DNA of 62,993 nt, filler included, from Pirum gemmata (lineage: Eukaryota), in assembly GCA_002812295.1 (NCBI GenBank). It is 28 parts of 28 records of this genome, joined end to end, with 100 filler letters (N's around TTAATTAATTAA, not from the genome) between each part and the next. Parts side by side here need not be neighbours in the genome. Positions count along the whole stretch, not along the records: positions 50,490 to 52,496 come from PDIN01009383.1; positions 52,597 to 54,607 come from PDIN01009384.1; positions 54,708 to 56,689 come from PDIN01009385.1; positions 56,790 to 58,800 come from PDIN01009386.1; positions 58,901 to 60,882 come from PDIN01009387.1; positions 60,983 to 62,993 come from PDIN01009388.1; 22 more parts are not named here. The stretch is one strand, 5' to 3'. This document shows, in pieces, positions 52,052 to 62,993 of the stretch. Under the pieces are notes generated by a model. The model was given only the letters and a program-made list of their open reading frames with translations, did no database searches and was not told where the DNA came from. Made by a program: the position numbers and the translations under genes. The stretch's first letter is position 1. Every line of letters starts with the position of its first letter.

Positions 52052-53681
52052 TGTTTTTTTAAATAAAGGTGTTGTTGTTTAGAAGTAGATTTTGAATTAT
52101 TGTTGTTGCAGTTTTGTTGTTTTGTTGTTTTGTTGTTTTGTTGTTTTGTTGTTTTGTTGTTTTGTTGTTTTGTTGTTTTGTTTTTAATTTTGGGTTTTGG
52201 ATGAGTCACTTGCCCCTTATATATTAATACCTTTTTTGTTATTTTCATTATTTTATTGTAACTTTTATAATTATATCATATAAAATCTTTTTTATTGTAT
52301 TAATTTTTGCTGGTAAAAACTGTAGAAATCTTTTTTTTTTAGACTTCTTTCCTTTATTATTATTAGAAAAACTCAAGAAATGGTCTAACGCACAGTTGTA
52401 TCCCTCCCTTCTGGGTGTAACGTAGCAGGTCTAAAGTAGCAAAAAAAAAAAATCTTGAAATTTTTTTACCGTTATTATTATTATTATTATTATTATNNNN
52501 NNNNNNNNNNNNNNNNNNNNNNNNNNNNNNNNNNNNNNNNTTAATTAATTAANNNNNNNNNNNNNNNNNNNNNNNNNNNNNNNNNNNNNNNNNNNNGTCC
52601 AATCAGTGATAAAAAAAAAAAAAAAAAGCATGAAGATGGAAAAAATGGAATTGAATCTACAAGGGTATTTTTATTAACTAAGACATCTAGATTGGTATTT
52701 TAAGCTCTTTAATTGACATCTAGATAACTATCTAGATACATTTTTTTTTTTTGAGCAAAATAAAGGATCAAAAAAAATATCGATTCAAACAATGGTTTTA
52801 AGTTTAAAAATGTTAATCTAGATGCCTTAGTTGGTAAAAATACCCTTCTAGATTCAATTCAATCTTCAGATAGTCTGTTTGATTGAGACTGGGGCCACTG
52901 GAATGGTGGATTTGTTTGTTTTTTTTTAAAAAAAAAAAGATGTAAATTGTAAAATCAAACCAATAACAAACCAATTATGACTTTATTGTTTAGTAATTGG
53001 TTGGAATTCTGCCCCTAAAACTCGACTTTCTGCTTCTGGTTTCTGCCCCGAAAAGCTCGAGCAGAATTTCTTGGTTGTTTGATCTGTTCGAAATTAATTT
53101 TTTCAAGTTTATTAATAAATATATAGATTTGAAAATTCGAGTTTATATTTATGGTAGAATCAATCTCTCTTTTTTTTTTTTTTTTTTTTAAAAAAATAAT
53201 TTNNNNNNNNNNNNNNNNNNNNNNNNNNNNNNNNNNNNNNNNNNNNNNNNNNNNNNNNNNNNNNNNNNNNNNNNNNNNNNNNNNNNNNNNNNNNNNNNNN
53301 NNNNNNNNNNNNNNNNNNNNNNNNNNNNNNNNNNNNNNNNNNNNNNNNNNNNNNNNNNNNNTGTTGTTGTTGTTTTTTTTAAAATTTCTTGAAAAAGGCC
53401 AAATTCTGCCCGGGTAGAATTCGGAGAAGTCTAGTATGTTGTTGTTGTTGTTTTTAAAATTTCTTGAAAAAGGCCAAATTCTGCCCGGGTAGAATTCGGA
53501 AAAGTCTAGTATGTTGTTGTACTGTTGTTGTTGTTGTTTTTAAAATCAAACCAATAACAAACCAATATACCTTACATTTGATTTTATTGTTTTGTAATTG
53601 GTTAGAAATTTTGTATGTTGTTGTTGTTGTTTTTTTCCTAAGCCTATGATCATAAGGAGAAAAAATTATGGAGAAAAAAAG

Positions 53682-53913
53682 AGTAGGGGTGAGATGACGT
53701 CATTTTATTATTACCGAACAGTTTCCGGAACTTTTCCGATTTTATGGTTGTATTACTATTAATGTTAATAATATTACTTTAATTGGTATCTATTATAGTT
53801 AGATTTACTATTTTAAGTTATTTAACTGATATTATTAGTAAGAAACACGGAACTAAGGTTGGCTCGATAAGCATCTGTTCGAAAAAAGTTCCAGTATATA
53901 TCTTACCCCTACT
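53682..53913 (-). mobile_element. MITE family B with 8-bp TSD
   Basis: AAAAAAAG on both sides (53674-53681, 53914-53921). Confidence 0.9.
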
Positions 53914-54281
53914 AAAAAAAGTCAAGGAAAAAAAATTCTGTGTCATAATTATGAATATTATCTCATATCTTTCTGTATAAAAAGTTAATTGGAGTTGTAG
54001 TTTGTTGTTTTATTTCATAATACTTTGAATAAATGTTTTGACAGGACAGTACTTCTAGTTAGACTCTACAGTAACTGCTGTCTTGAACAGTATACGTCAG
54101 GGTTAGGGTTACGGTTAGGGTTTAGGGTTAGGGTTAGGGTTACGGTTACGGTTAGGGTATCAGTTGTTAAATATAATAAATGGCATAGTTATTAATATTG
54201 ATTATGAACAAGTGATTTCACTAGTACTCTGGTTAACCACTACAATAATGTATTAGTACAATAAATGATACTTGAACCTAT

Positions 54282-54343
<62 letters not shown>

Positions 54344-54709
54344 GAAAAAAGAAAAACAATAACTAATATACCTCCTCTACCTCTTGTTGGCCGAAAGCTA
54401 CCGAAACCTGGTTAACTACTACAATAATGTATTAATATTAGTACAATAAAAATTTAATGATACTTGAAGTAAATAAACTTTTAATAAGTAGAACTAGTAC
54501 TACTAATAATATATATGAATTTAATTTTAATAACGGAATTTTTTAATAGTAATAGTAATAGTAACAGTAATAATTAATAAACAAGACGGGTCATTTAAGA
54601 CTCTTTCNNNNNNNNNNNNNNNNNNNNNNNNNNNNNNNNNNNNNNNNNNNNTTAATTAATTAANNNNNNNNNNNNNNNNNNNNNNNNNNNNNNNNNNNNN
54701 NNNNNNNGC

Positions 54710-54744
<35 letters not shown>

Positions 54745-54989
54745 TAATAATAATAATAGTGATAATAGTGATAATAATATTGTTAACGATAATAATAACA
54801 ATAACAATAATGAAACTGTTCAACAAAATGATTCTTTTGAGGATGTTGTTCTTTATGGTGATAAAGTCCATCACAATATTATTAATAATTTCAAATATTA
54901 TGGTAATGATAATGATAATACTGATAATGGTAATGGTAATGGTAATTTTAATGCTGATGATAATGATAATGATAATGATAAAAATAATG

Positions 54990-55035
<46 letters not shown>

Positions 55036-55162
55036 CGATAATGATAATGATAATGATAATAATAATGATAATAATAATGGTAATGATAATGATAATGATA
55101 ATGTTAATGTTAATGTTAAAACGTTTTCCATAGTAGAATGGATGAATAAAATGAAATTTGAA
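54710..55162 (+). CDS. Possible Asn/Asp-rich exon
   Basis: Open frame NETVQQNDSFEDVVLYGDKVHH...(ND)n...KTFSIVEWMNKMKFE. Confidence 0.4.
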
Positions 55163-55166
55163 GTGC

Positions 55167-55218
<52 letters not shown>

Positions 55219-55279
55219 ATAGTAGTCGCAGTCGCAGTCACAGTCGTAGTCGTAGTTGTAGTCATAGTAGTAGTATTAA

Positions 55280-55377
<98 letters not shown>

Positions 55378-55416
55378 NNNNNNNNNNNNNNNNNNNNNNN
55401 NNNNNNNNNNNNNNNN

Positions 55417-55496
<80 letters not shown>

Positions 55497-55733
55497 AAAA
55501 AAAAAACATTAAATCTTAAAAGATTACTTTGAATTATAATTTATTTATTTATTTTTAATCATCCTGTATTTCATGATTTCATGTATTATCTTTTTCATAA
55601 CTCATCATCATCATCAACAGAATTGTCATCATCATCTTCAACGACATCATCATTTGTTATATCACCATCATCATCATCATTATCACAACCATCATCATAA
55701 TTATAATCATCATTCTCATCATCAACATCATTC

Positions 55734-55794
<61 letters not shown>

Positions 55795-55910
55795 TAGTTA
55801 TATTATCATCAACATCAAAATCTCATTCCAACCATTATCATTATTAGCAACACCTTCATTATTACTTATACTAGTACTATCGTCAACATTATCATTATCA
55901 CCATCAACTT

Positions 55911-56635
55911 CTAATCAAAGCCATAATCATCATCATCATCAACAGAATCATCATCGTCGTCATTATAATAATCATCTTCATCATCATTGCTTATATAATC
56001 ATCATCATCATTATTTATATAATCATCATCATCATAATTATCACCATCAACTTCTCTTCCATTTTCATAAAGATCATCAATGTATTCATCATTCTTATTA
56101 TTAAAAGAACTAAATCCAATTCTAGCATATTCATTGTTTATTTCTAACACGGTTACATTCAACTGTGAACTGGTATCTAAAAACCTCTCACCAACTCTAA
56201 AACACCCGTTACCTTTAGGGCCCGAAGCTACTTGTAACGCTGAATTTGCTAATTTTCTATCTTCACCAGCATAACTAATAGTATTATTCATATCATCAAA
56301 ATAAAAACTTGACGATAAAACTTTATTATTATTATTATTATTATGTAATTGATTAACTAGCCTAAAACTAACACATTTTGATAAACGACGATATTCAAAC
56401 ATGAATTGTAATTGAGGTGTGTTTGGTAAGTTTTCTGTTTGGTTATTGTAAGGTTGAAGTGAACTTTTGAAGGCATGGGTGACGGTAGTTGTACCGTTAG
56501 GAATCGACCCTGTATCAGTTGCAAATATTTTTATATCTTGCTGATTTGTGTTGGGTTTGATTATTTGTTGCTCTATGTTTTTGGTGGGTGATAACCAACC
56601 CATACTGTATTTGTTGCGAGCTATAAAGTCAATTT
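55911..56635 (-). CDS. Late exon of a probable metallopeptidase (M11/M6-like post-catalytic region) with acidic tail
   Basis: FIARNKYSMGWL resembles FxAxxKxxLGW; FEYRR; FLDTSSQLNVTVLEINNEYARI; HExxH not in the window. Confidence 0.5.
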
Positions 56636-57631
56636 CTATATTTTGTTTATATATATGTAAATAATAATAAATATTAAATAATAATAATANNNNNNNNNNN
56701 NNNNNNNNNNNNNNNNNNNNNNNNNNNNNNNNNTTAATTAATTAANNNNNNNNNNNNNNNNNNNNNNNNNNNNNNNNNNNNNNNNNNNNATTATTATTAT
56801 TATTATCATTCTTATTAATATTTGGTAGACTAATTTGTAATATATATTGTGTTTTTCAATAGTGTTGTCAAGTTCAAAAACTGAAATAAACGTGCCGATT
56901 ATTATTATGGTTAAACTATAAGGTATTTTATTGTTGTATTTTATAAATAAGTTCAATTATACGGTAATATCATAATGCAAATGAAATAGACCTAGCTAGG
57001 ATACATTATTATGCTAAGGAAGCGTTCAAATAATACGTCACGTCAAGGGGCAGGTAAGTAGGCGGCATTTGACCGGATATTAACGTCGAGGGGTAGGTAG
57101 GTAGGGGTATTTGAAGCTGTATTTGGCGTCTAAACTTCACCCTCTCCTACTCGAGCCAGAAAACTAAAAAAAAAAAGCCGAAATTCAGCCATTTTTTCCA
57201 TTTTTTCGGGTACTTGAATACTTACCTGTTAGTTTAAAATTTTCGAACTTATTTAATTAATACATAGGCTCGAAAACTTGATTTTTTGAAGAAGCCTGAC
57301 AGACATATGCGATATGCATCGTATTTTTTTATAGTGCTTTTCAGTTGTTTTGTCATCATGAAATATACAATAAATAGTACCAAATTAATACAATATAAAT
57401 CCATTTAATTTAATTTTGTATATTTTATTATCTATTNNNNNNNNNNNNNNNNNNNNNNNNNNNNNNNNNNNNNNNNNNNNNNNNNNNNNNNNNNNNNNNN
57501 NNNNNNNNNNNNNNNNNNNNNNNNNNNNNNNNNNNNNNNNNNNNNNNNNNNNNNNNNNNNNNNNNNNNNNNNNNNNNNNNNNNNNNNNNNNNNNNNNNNN
57601 NNNNNNNNNNNNNNNNNNNNNNNNNNNNNNN

Positions 57632-57709
57632 CGTAACCGTAACCGTAACCGTAACCGTAACCGTAACCGTAACCGTAACCGTAACCGTAACCGTAACCGT
57701 AACCGTAAC
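57632..57709. repeat. (CGTAAC)n microsatellite, a one-base variant of the telomeric unit
   Basis: Perfect tandem CGTAAC (= TTACGG); mixed with TTAGGG at 54098-54158. Confidence 0.9.
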
Positions 57710-58055
57710 GAAACCAGGTGTACTTGCAAATGTAATAATAATTATTATTATAAATAGTAATGGTCAATGATCAATCCAATTATGATAATTTGCAAATTAC
57801 AAATAATTTATTATGTTTTTAAAAATAAAAATCCTATTGTAGATTTAATATTTGAAGGTGTTTTTTGTATTTTTATGATAATTAATGATAATTATTAATA
57901 TTAATAACTCAAGCTTGTTGACACTTAATTAAGTTGCAGCATCATACTTGTATTTGTATTCTTTTAATTAATCTTGTATCTGATAGTTATCTAATTGATT
58001 AATGTATGCTGATAATTTGCAAATTGATACTTTCAATTTCCTTTTTTTTTTGTAG

Positions 58056-58650
58056 AATAACCATAGAATACTTGGGAAGAGCCTGTATTGAAAAATACGA
58101 TATTTGTTTGTAAACAAAAACAATATTAATACATAACTAAAGGATTGTGTTGAGTAACAAGTAGTCTAGTGTTATATATATAATACTTTTAAATTTTATT
58201 ACATGTAGTCTTATATCTAATACCCAATAATTTTTAATAATGTATGGTAATTTATAATTTAAAATACTTTCAATTTATATTTCTTTTCAGAATACTTGGG
58301 AAGAACCTGTTTTGAAAAATACGATATTTGTTTGTGAACAAAAACAATAGATACTGGATTGTGATGAGTAACAAGTAGTTTATTACGCGATTTACGATAT
58401 CATACTATACTATCAGATACTTGGAGTCTTGGATGAAGTTGTATCGGATACCGGGATACGTAACTATTACGCATTGTTATAATAATAATTTGACATTTCA
58501 GATTTACATTTTTTTTCAGAACAACCATGGAAGTCTTGGAAGAGCACCTGTATTGAAAAATACGATATTTGTTTGTTGCAAACAAAAGCAATACAATGTC
58601 ATACTCAATACACATGTGACCTAAAGGATTGTGATGAGTAACAAATAGTC
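58056..58650 (+). other. Triplicated acceptor+exon unit; third copy (58520-58641) is an intact Cys-rich terminal exon
   Basis: Units start after polyT-AG at 58055, 58290, 58519; third reads QPWKSWKSTCIEKYDICLLQTKAIQCHTQYTCDLKDCDE-stop. Confidence 0.55.
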
Positions 58651-59215
58651 TTATTATCATTCTTTCACTACTATCATACTTGTAGTCTTGTTAATTAAAT
58701 TGTATCAAATAAATTTGATATAGTATTAACTTGGTATTTATTACTGCGTATTCTATTATGACAAAACAACTACCGTAGATAATAAGTTATATAGTTTATG
58801 NNNNNNNNNNNNNNNNNNNNNNNNNNNNNNNNNNNNNNNNNNNNTTAATTAATTAANNNNNNNNNNNNNNNNNNNNNNNNNNNNNNNNNNNNNNNNNNNN
58901 AATTTGATAGGTTATAATATTATAATATATAATTTGGCATCTTGTTGTATATAATTTGGTAGGTTATATGGCTCAAAACTATCATTAATTTTTCCTATAC
59001 CAAACTACAAGTGATAAATAGTATGACGCAAACAAATGTTGTTGTCATTATTAGGTTATAACTAAATAATTTGGCATGTTATTCTATTTAATTTGGATGG
59101 TTTTAATATGTAATTTGGTAGGTTATAATGTTATAATATGCAAATTGGCATCTTTTTGTGTATAATCTGGTAGGTTATGACACAACACTATTACATTCAT
59201 TACATAATATATTCA

Positions 59216-59930
59216 TCTTCGCAGTTTTTCGCAGTTTTTCAGTTATAGAAAAAGTCAGAATGTGAGAATTTTCGCAGTAACAGTTACTGTTTTTCTTAGT
59301 CTTTTAGTAGTAGGGGTGAGATGACGTAATTTTATTATTACCGAGCAGCTGCTGGAACTTTTCCGATTTTTATGGTTTTCATTACTATTAATGTTAATAT
59401 TATTACTTTAATTGGTATCTACTATAATTAGATTTACTATTTTAAGCTTGGCTCGATAAGCATCTGTTCGAAAAAAGTTCCAGTAGATATCTCACCCCTA
59501 CTCTTTTAGTTATAGTAAAAGTAAGACTTACTTTTTTTAGTTATAGATGAGAATCTTCGCAATATTTCGCACTCTTTCAGTTATAGAAAAAGTCAGGAGT
59601 GAGAATCTTCGCAGTTTTTCGCACTCTTTCAGTTATAGAAAAAGTCAGGAGTAAGAATCTTCGCAGTTTTTCGCACTCTTTCAATTATAGAAAAAGTCAG
59701 GAGTGAGAATCTTCGCAGCTTTTCGTAGTCTTTTAGTTATAGTAAAAGTAAGGAGTGAGATTATTCGCAGTTTTTCGCAGTATTTTAGTGAGTGAGAATC
59801 TTCGAAATTATTTTTAGCACTCTTTCAGTTATATAGAAAAAGTCAGTAGTGAGAATCTTCGCATTTTTTTTCGCACTCTTTCAGTTATAGAAAAAGTCAG
59901 GAGTGAGAATCTTCGCATTTTTTCGCAGTT
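59216..59930. repeat. 52-bp minisatellite array interrupted by a MITE
   Basis: Unit gagaatcttcgcagtttttcgcactctttcagttatagaaaaagtcaggagt, ~9 copies; flanked by direct repeats at ~58901-59030 and ~60057-60188. Confidence 0.9.
59309..59502 (-). mobile_element. MITE family B with 8-bp TSD
   Basis: CTTTTAGT on both sides (59301-59308, 59503-59510). Confidence 0.92.
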
Positions 59931-60250
59931 ATTGACTTTAATAATAAACGTTACGTCACAATGATGTCATTATTAGATTAAACTATATAATTTGCCATCG
60001 TATTGCATTTAATTTGGAAGGTTATAATATATAATTTGACACATTTTATTGTATTTAATTTGAGAGGTTTTAATATTATAATATATAATTTGGCATCTTG
60101 TTGTATATAATTTGGTAGGTTATATGGCACAATACTATCATTAAATTTTCCAAAACCAAACTACAAATGACAAATAGTATGACGCAAATTCAATATTAAA
60201 TGTTACGTCATAATTTTGTCATTATTAGGTTATACTATATCTTCTTGTAT

Positions 60251-60515
60251 TTAGGGTTAGGGTTAGGGTTAGGGTTAGGGTTATAGGGTTAGGGTTAGGG
60301 TTAGGGTTAGGGTTAGGGTTAGGGTTAGGGTTAGGGTTAGGGTTAGGGTTAGGGNNNNNNNNNNNNNNNNNNNNNNNNNNNNNNNNNNNNNNNNNNNNNN
60401 NNNNNNNNNNNNNNNNTAGGGTTAGGGTTAGGGTTAGGGTTAGGGTTAGGGTTAGGGGTTAGGGTTAGGGTTAGGGTTAGGGTTAGGGTTAGGGTTAGGG
60501 TTAGGGTAAGGGTTA
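60251..60515 (+). repeat. Interstitial (TTAGGG)n array, near perfect
   Basis: Tandem TTAGGG across a gap; an opposite-orientation array follows at 60843-60882. Confidence 0.95.
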
Positions 60516-61910
60516 GTATACCAATAATGATATTAATAAACAAAATTATCCCCCTCTTCACCAGAATTTAATTAGTAAATTCCTAACTCTCCTAGTCTCA
60601 CCCACTTTTTCAATGCATATATAAGAGGGTTTTACATAGTAGAAAGGATATTTTTTTACGCTAACTTAAACCTATTAACTAATAATAAAGACAGTTAAAA
60701 CAAGGATTCTTTTTTTCGTTACTTGGTCGGTTTTAGGTAACACATGCACATAATAGAAATGAGACAATATATAAAAATGAATTATCGACAATTAGAAATA
60801 CTTTATTTAAAAAAATATGTATAATACAATTATTACTTTAAAACCCTAACCCAACCCTAACCCTAACCCTAACCCTAACCCTNNNNNNNNNNNNNNNNNN
60901 NNNNNNNNNNNNNNNNNNNNNNNNNNTTAATTAATTAANNNNNNNNNNNNNNNNNNNNNNNNNNNNNNNNNNNNNNNNNNNNTTATAACAATTAACAATA
61001 TTAATAACAATAACAATATAACAATAATATAACAATAACAATAACAATAACAATAACAATAACAATAACAATAACAATAACAATAACAATAACAATAACA
61101 AAATAACAATAACAATTACAATAATTACAATAACAATAACAATAACAATAACAATAACAATATATATTAATATATTATAGTACTATATTATTATATAATA
61201 GTATATATATTATTGTATATTATTGTATTGTTAGAATGAAAAGTAATACGCAGTTTATTGATGTTTAAATTTTATTTGTAGTAATATTATTAAAATGTCT
61301 GACTCTGTGAGCATTTTCAGTTTTCAAACATAAGTCATGTAATAGGTATTTATTGTTGCGACAAGAGACGAAAACAAGTATGACTTTTTTTAAAAAAGCT
61401 TATTAGAAGTAACATCATAGACATGGGTGCCATTTTTAACCAGTTAGGGAGCATTGAAATACTACGTACGCCAATTTCCGGTCAAGTACAGCTTCAAATA
61501 CCCCTACCTACCTACCCCTTGACGTTAATTTCCGGTCAAATACCACCTAACTACCTACCCCTTGACGTGACATATTANNNNNNNNNNNNNNNNNNNNNNN
61601 NNNNNNNNNNNNNNNNNNTTTTTTTTTTTTTTTTATAAAAGAAGTCTGCTAAAAAAAAAAGTTTAGAAAGATAAAAAAAGGCCAAAAAAAAATGATTTTT
61701 GAAGTTTATTCGGAATTGATGTTTTTTAGCCAAATAACAATTTTTTATTGGTTAACACGAAACTAATTATGCAATGTAAAGTTATTTCTCTCAAAACTGA
61801 TTGAAAACTTCTAAATATAGAAACTATTATTCATATTTTAAAAATACGTTTATTGGGTTTTCATTTTTCAAACGTTTTTTATTAGAGGAAATTGTAACAG
61901 ACAGACATAC

Positions 61911-62165
61911 TATAGTAAGAAATCTGAAGATTGGAAAAAACTGAATATGGAATTGAATGATTTGAATCTAAGGCATCTAGATTGGTATTTTAAACTCTTT
62001 AATCGACATCTGGATAAACTTTTTTTTTTTTTTGAGCAAAATAAAGGATCAAAAAAAATATTGATTGAAATGATGGTTTTAAAGTCGAAAAATACCAATC
62101 TAGATGCCTTAGTTGACAAAAATGCGCTTCTAGATTCAATTCTAACTTCAGATTTTTTACTGGTA
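61911..62165. mobile_element. MITE family F
   Basis: agtaagaaatctgaaga ... cttcagattttttactggta, core shared with 20605. Confidence 0.8.
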
Positions 62166-62188
62166 GTCTGTGTAGGCTGTAGCTGATA

Positions 62189-62235
<47 letters not shown>

Positions 62236-62993
62236 CTTCATTTTTTCAAAAGTTTTCATTGGCATTTTCTCTGCTCAGCTGTCTCTGCTGGTAAGTTTTA
62301 TTTTTTTATTTTTTTTTTCATTTTTTCAAAGTTTTTCATTGGTGTTTTTTCAGAGTCAGGATCTGCAATATATCAGTCATAACAGCTCTATTTTTCGCAG
62401 GAGTTTTATTGGTCATTATTTTTTAAATAATTTTCATTTGTTGTTGTTTTTTAAAAAAATATTTTTCGAAGAGTTTTTATTAGTCATTATTTTTTAAATA
62501 ATTTTCATTTGTTGTTGTTTTATAAAAATTATCATTCGAGTAGTGTGATGTTTTTATCGTAAAGGTTATCGTACATAAAAATAAATCATTTGAATTTAAA
62601 CTCCAATTTTTTATAATTTAATCAGAAAGAGCTTTTCCTGTTTGAAGTTTTGTACAAACGGCTAGGACAATTTACTTTTCCACCATAATTACGTCAATTT
62701 AAACATTTAAAATATAATTAATTGCCAAAATTATCGTTAATAAATAAGGAATTTTGAGCTTTTGCACAATCAGCTTGAGTTTTTTGTTTCGGGCAATTAA
62801 TGGAAGAGCCATTAACAACAATCGATGATCCTTGAGTTGCTAATGTACATGATTTCGAAGGATTAATTGTGGTATTTCCTAATAATTTGGGATTTATTGT
62901 GTATCAACTGTTCTGGATTGATTTGTGATATCTCGATTTTATTAGGTTTATTATATATTTTTGCTTTTTTTATTCAAAAAACAAATTAATAAT

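Noticed and set aside
59216..59930. 52-bp array as a CRISPR array
   Set aside because: Units are contiguous with no unique spacers, no cas genes, eukaryotic context
2058..60938. Regularly spaced palindromic TTAATTAATTAA motif as a biological signal
   Set aside because: Always embedded in fixed-length N runs; it is a six-frame-stop concatenation linker
7133..61115. Many low-complexity ORFs in the track (poly-Ile/Val, Leu, Thr, CCLLFV, LG, NP, RN, YC, His)
   Set aside because: Translations of microsatellites or antisense shadows of real exons; several run through N gaps
41337..62186. Similar short ORFs at 41337-41600, 53783-53980, 43010-43198, 61947-62186, 44696-44881 (also 4400-5057)
   Set aside because: Chance frames inside MITE copies; no transposase motifs
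62718..62905. Minus-strand coding-like segment (TINPKLLGNTT...CPKQKTQADCAK)
   Set aside because: No clear start, splice sites or family motif
1..62993. Non-standard genetic code, rRNA or tRNA genes
   Set aside because: Conserved genes (Cdc42, Sec62, ABCG, Smr) end at TAA at the expected positions under the standard code; no rRNA or tRNA sequence recognised

Overview
This window is not a contiguous locus. It is about 28 short (mostly ~2 kb) eukaryotic contigs or scaffolds joined by an artificial linker (about 44 N + TTAATTAATTAA + about 44 N, stops in all six frames), so neighbourhood across linkers is meaningless. The DNA is very AT-rich, rich in GT-AG introns and full of microsatellites. 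Cdc42, TTAGGG repeats and an LRR receptor with a Tyr-motif tail suggest an opisthokont, probably a unicellular holozoan (inference). Recognisable gene pieces, several only visible after manual splicing: Cdc42, UBA2/SAE2, Sec62, an ABCG half-transporter, a SAPS/PP6R-family protein, an Smr domain, a UvrD-type helicase, a class I methyltransferase, an LRR-TM receptor, an HtrL-like fragment and an LTR-retrotransposon gag/protease. At least six MITE-like families and many interstitial telomeric arrays are present. Most interesting: (1) an intronless secreted protein with two copies of an unrecognised ~80-aa domain flanking a pentapeptide repeat and a long hydrophobic segment; (2) an intron-containing bacterial-type metA; (3) gag and protease separated by a single in-frame TGA; (4) pervasive palindromic CTAG/AGCT filler DNA, one tract of which truncates UBA2 mid-exon; (5) a MITE family with AGTAGGGG termini and 8-bp TSDs; (6) a small six-Cys secreted peptide. 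All family assignments are from motif recognition by eye; no searches were run.
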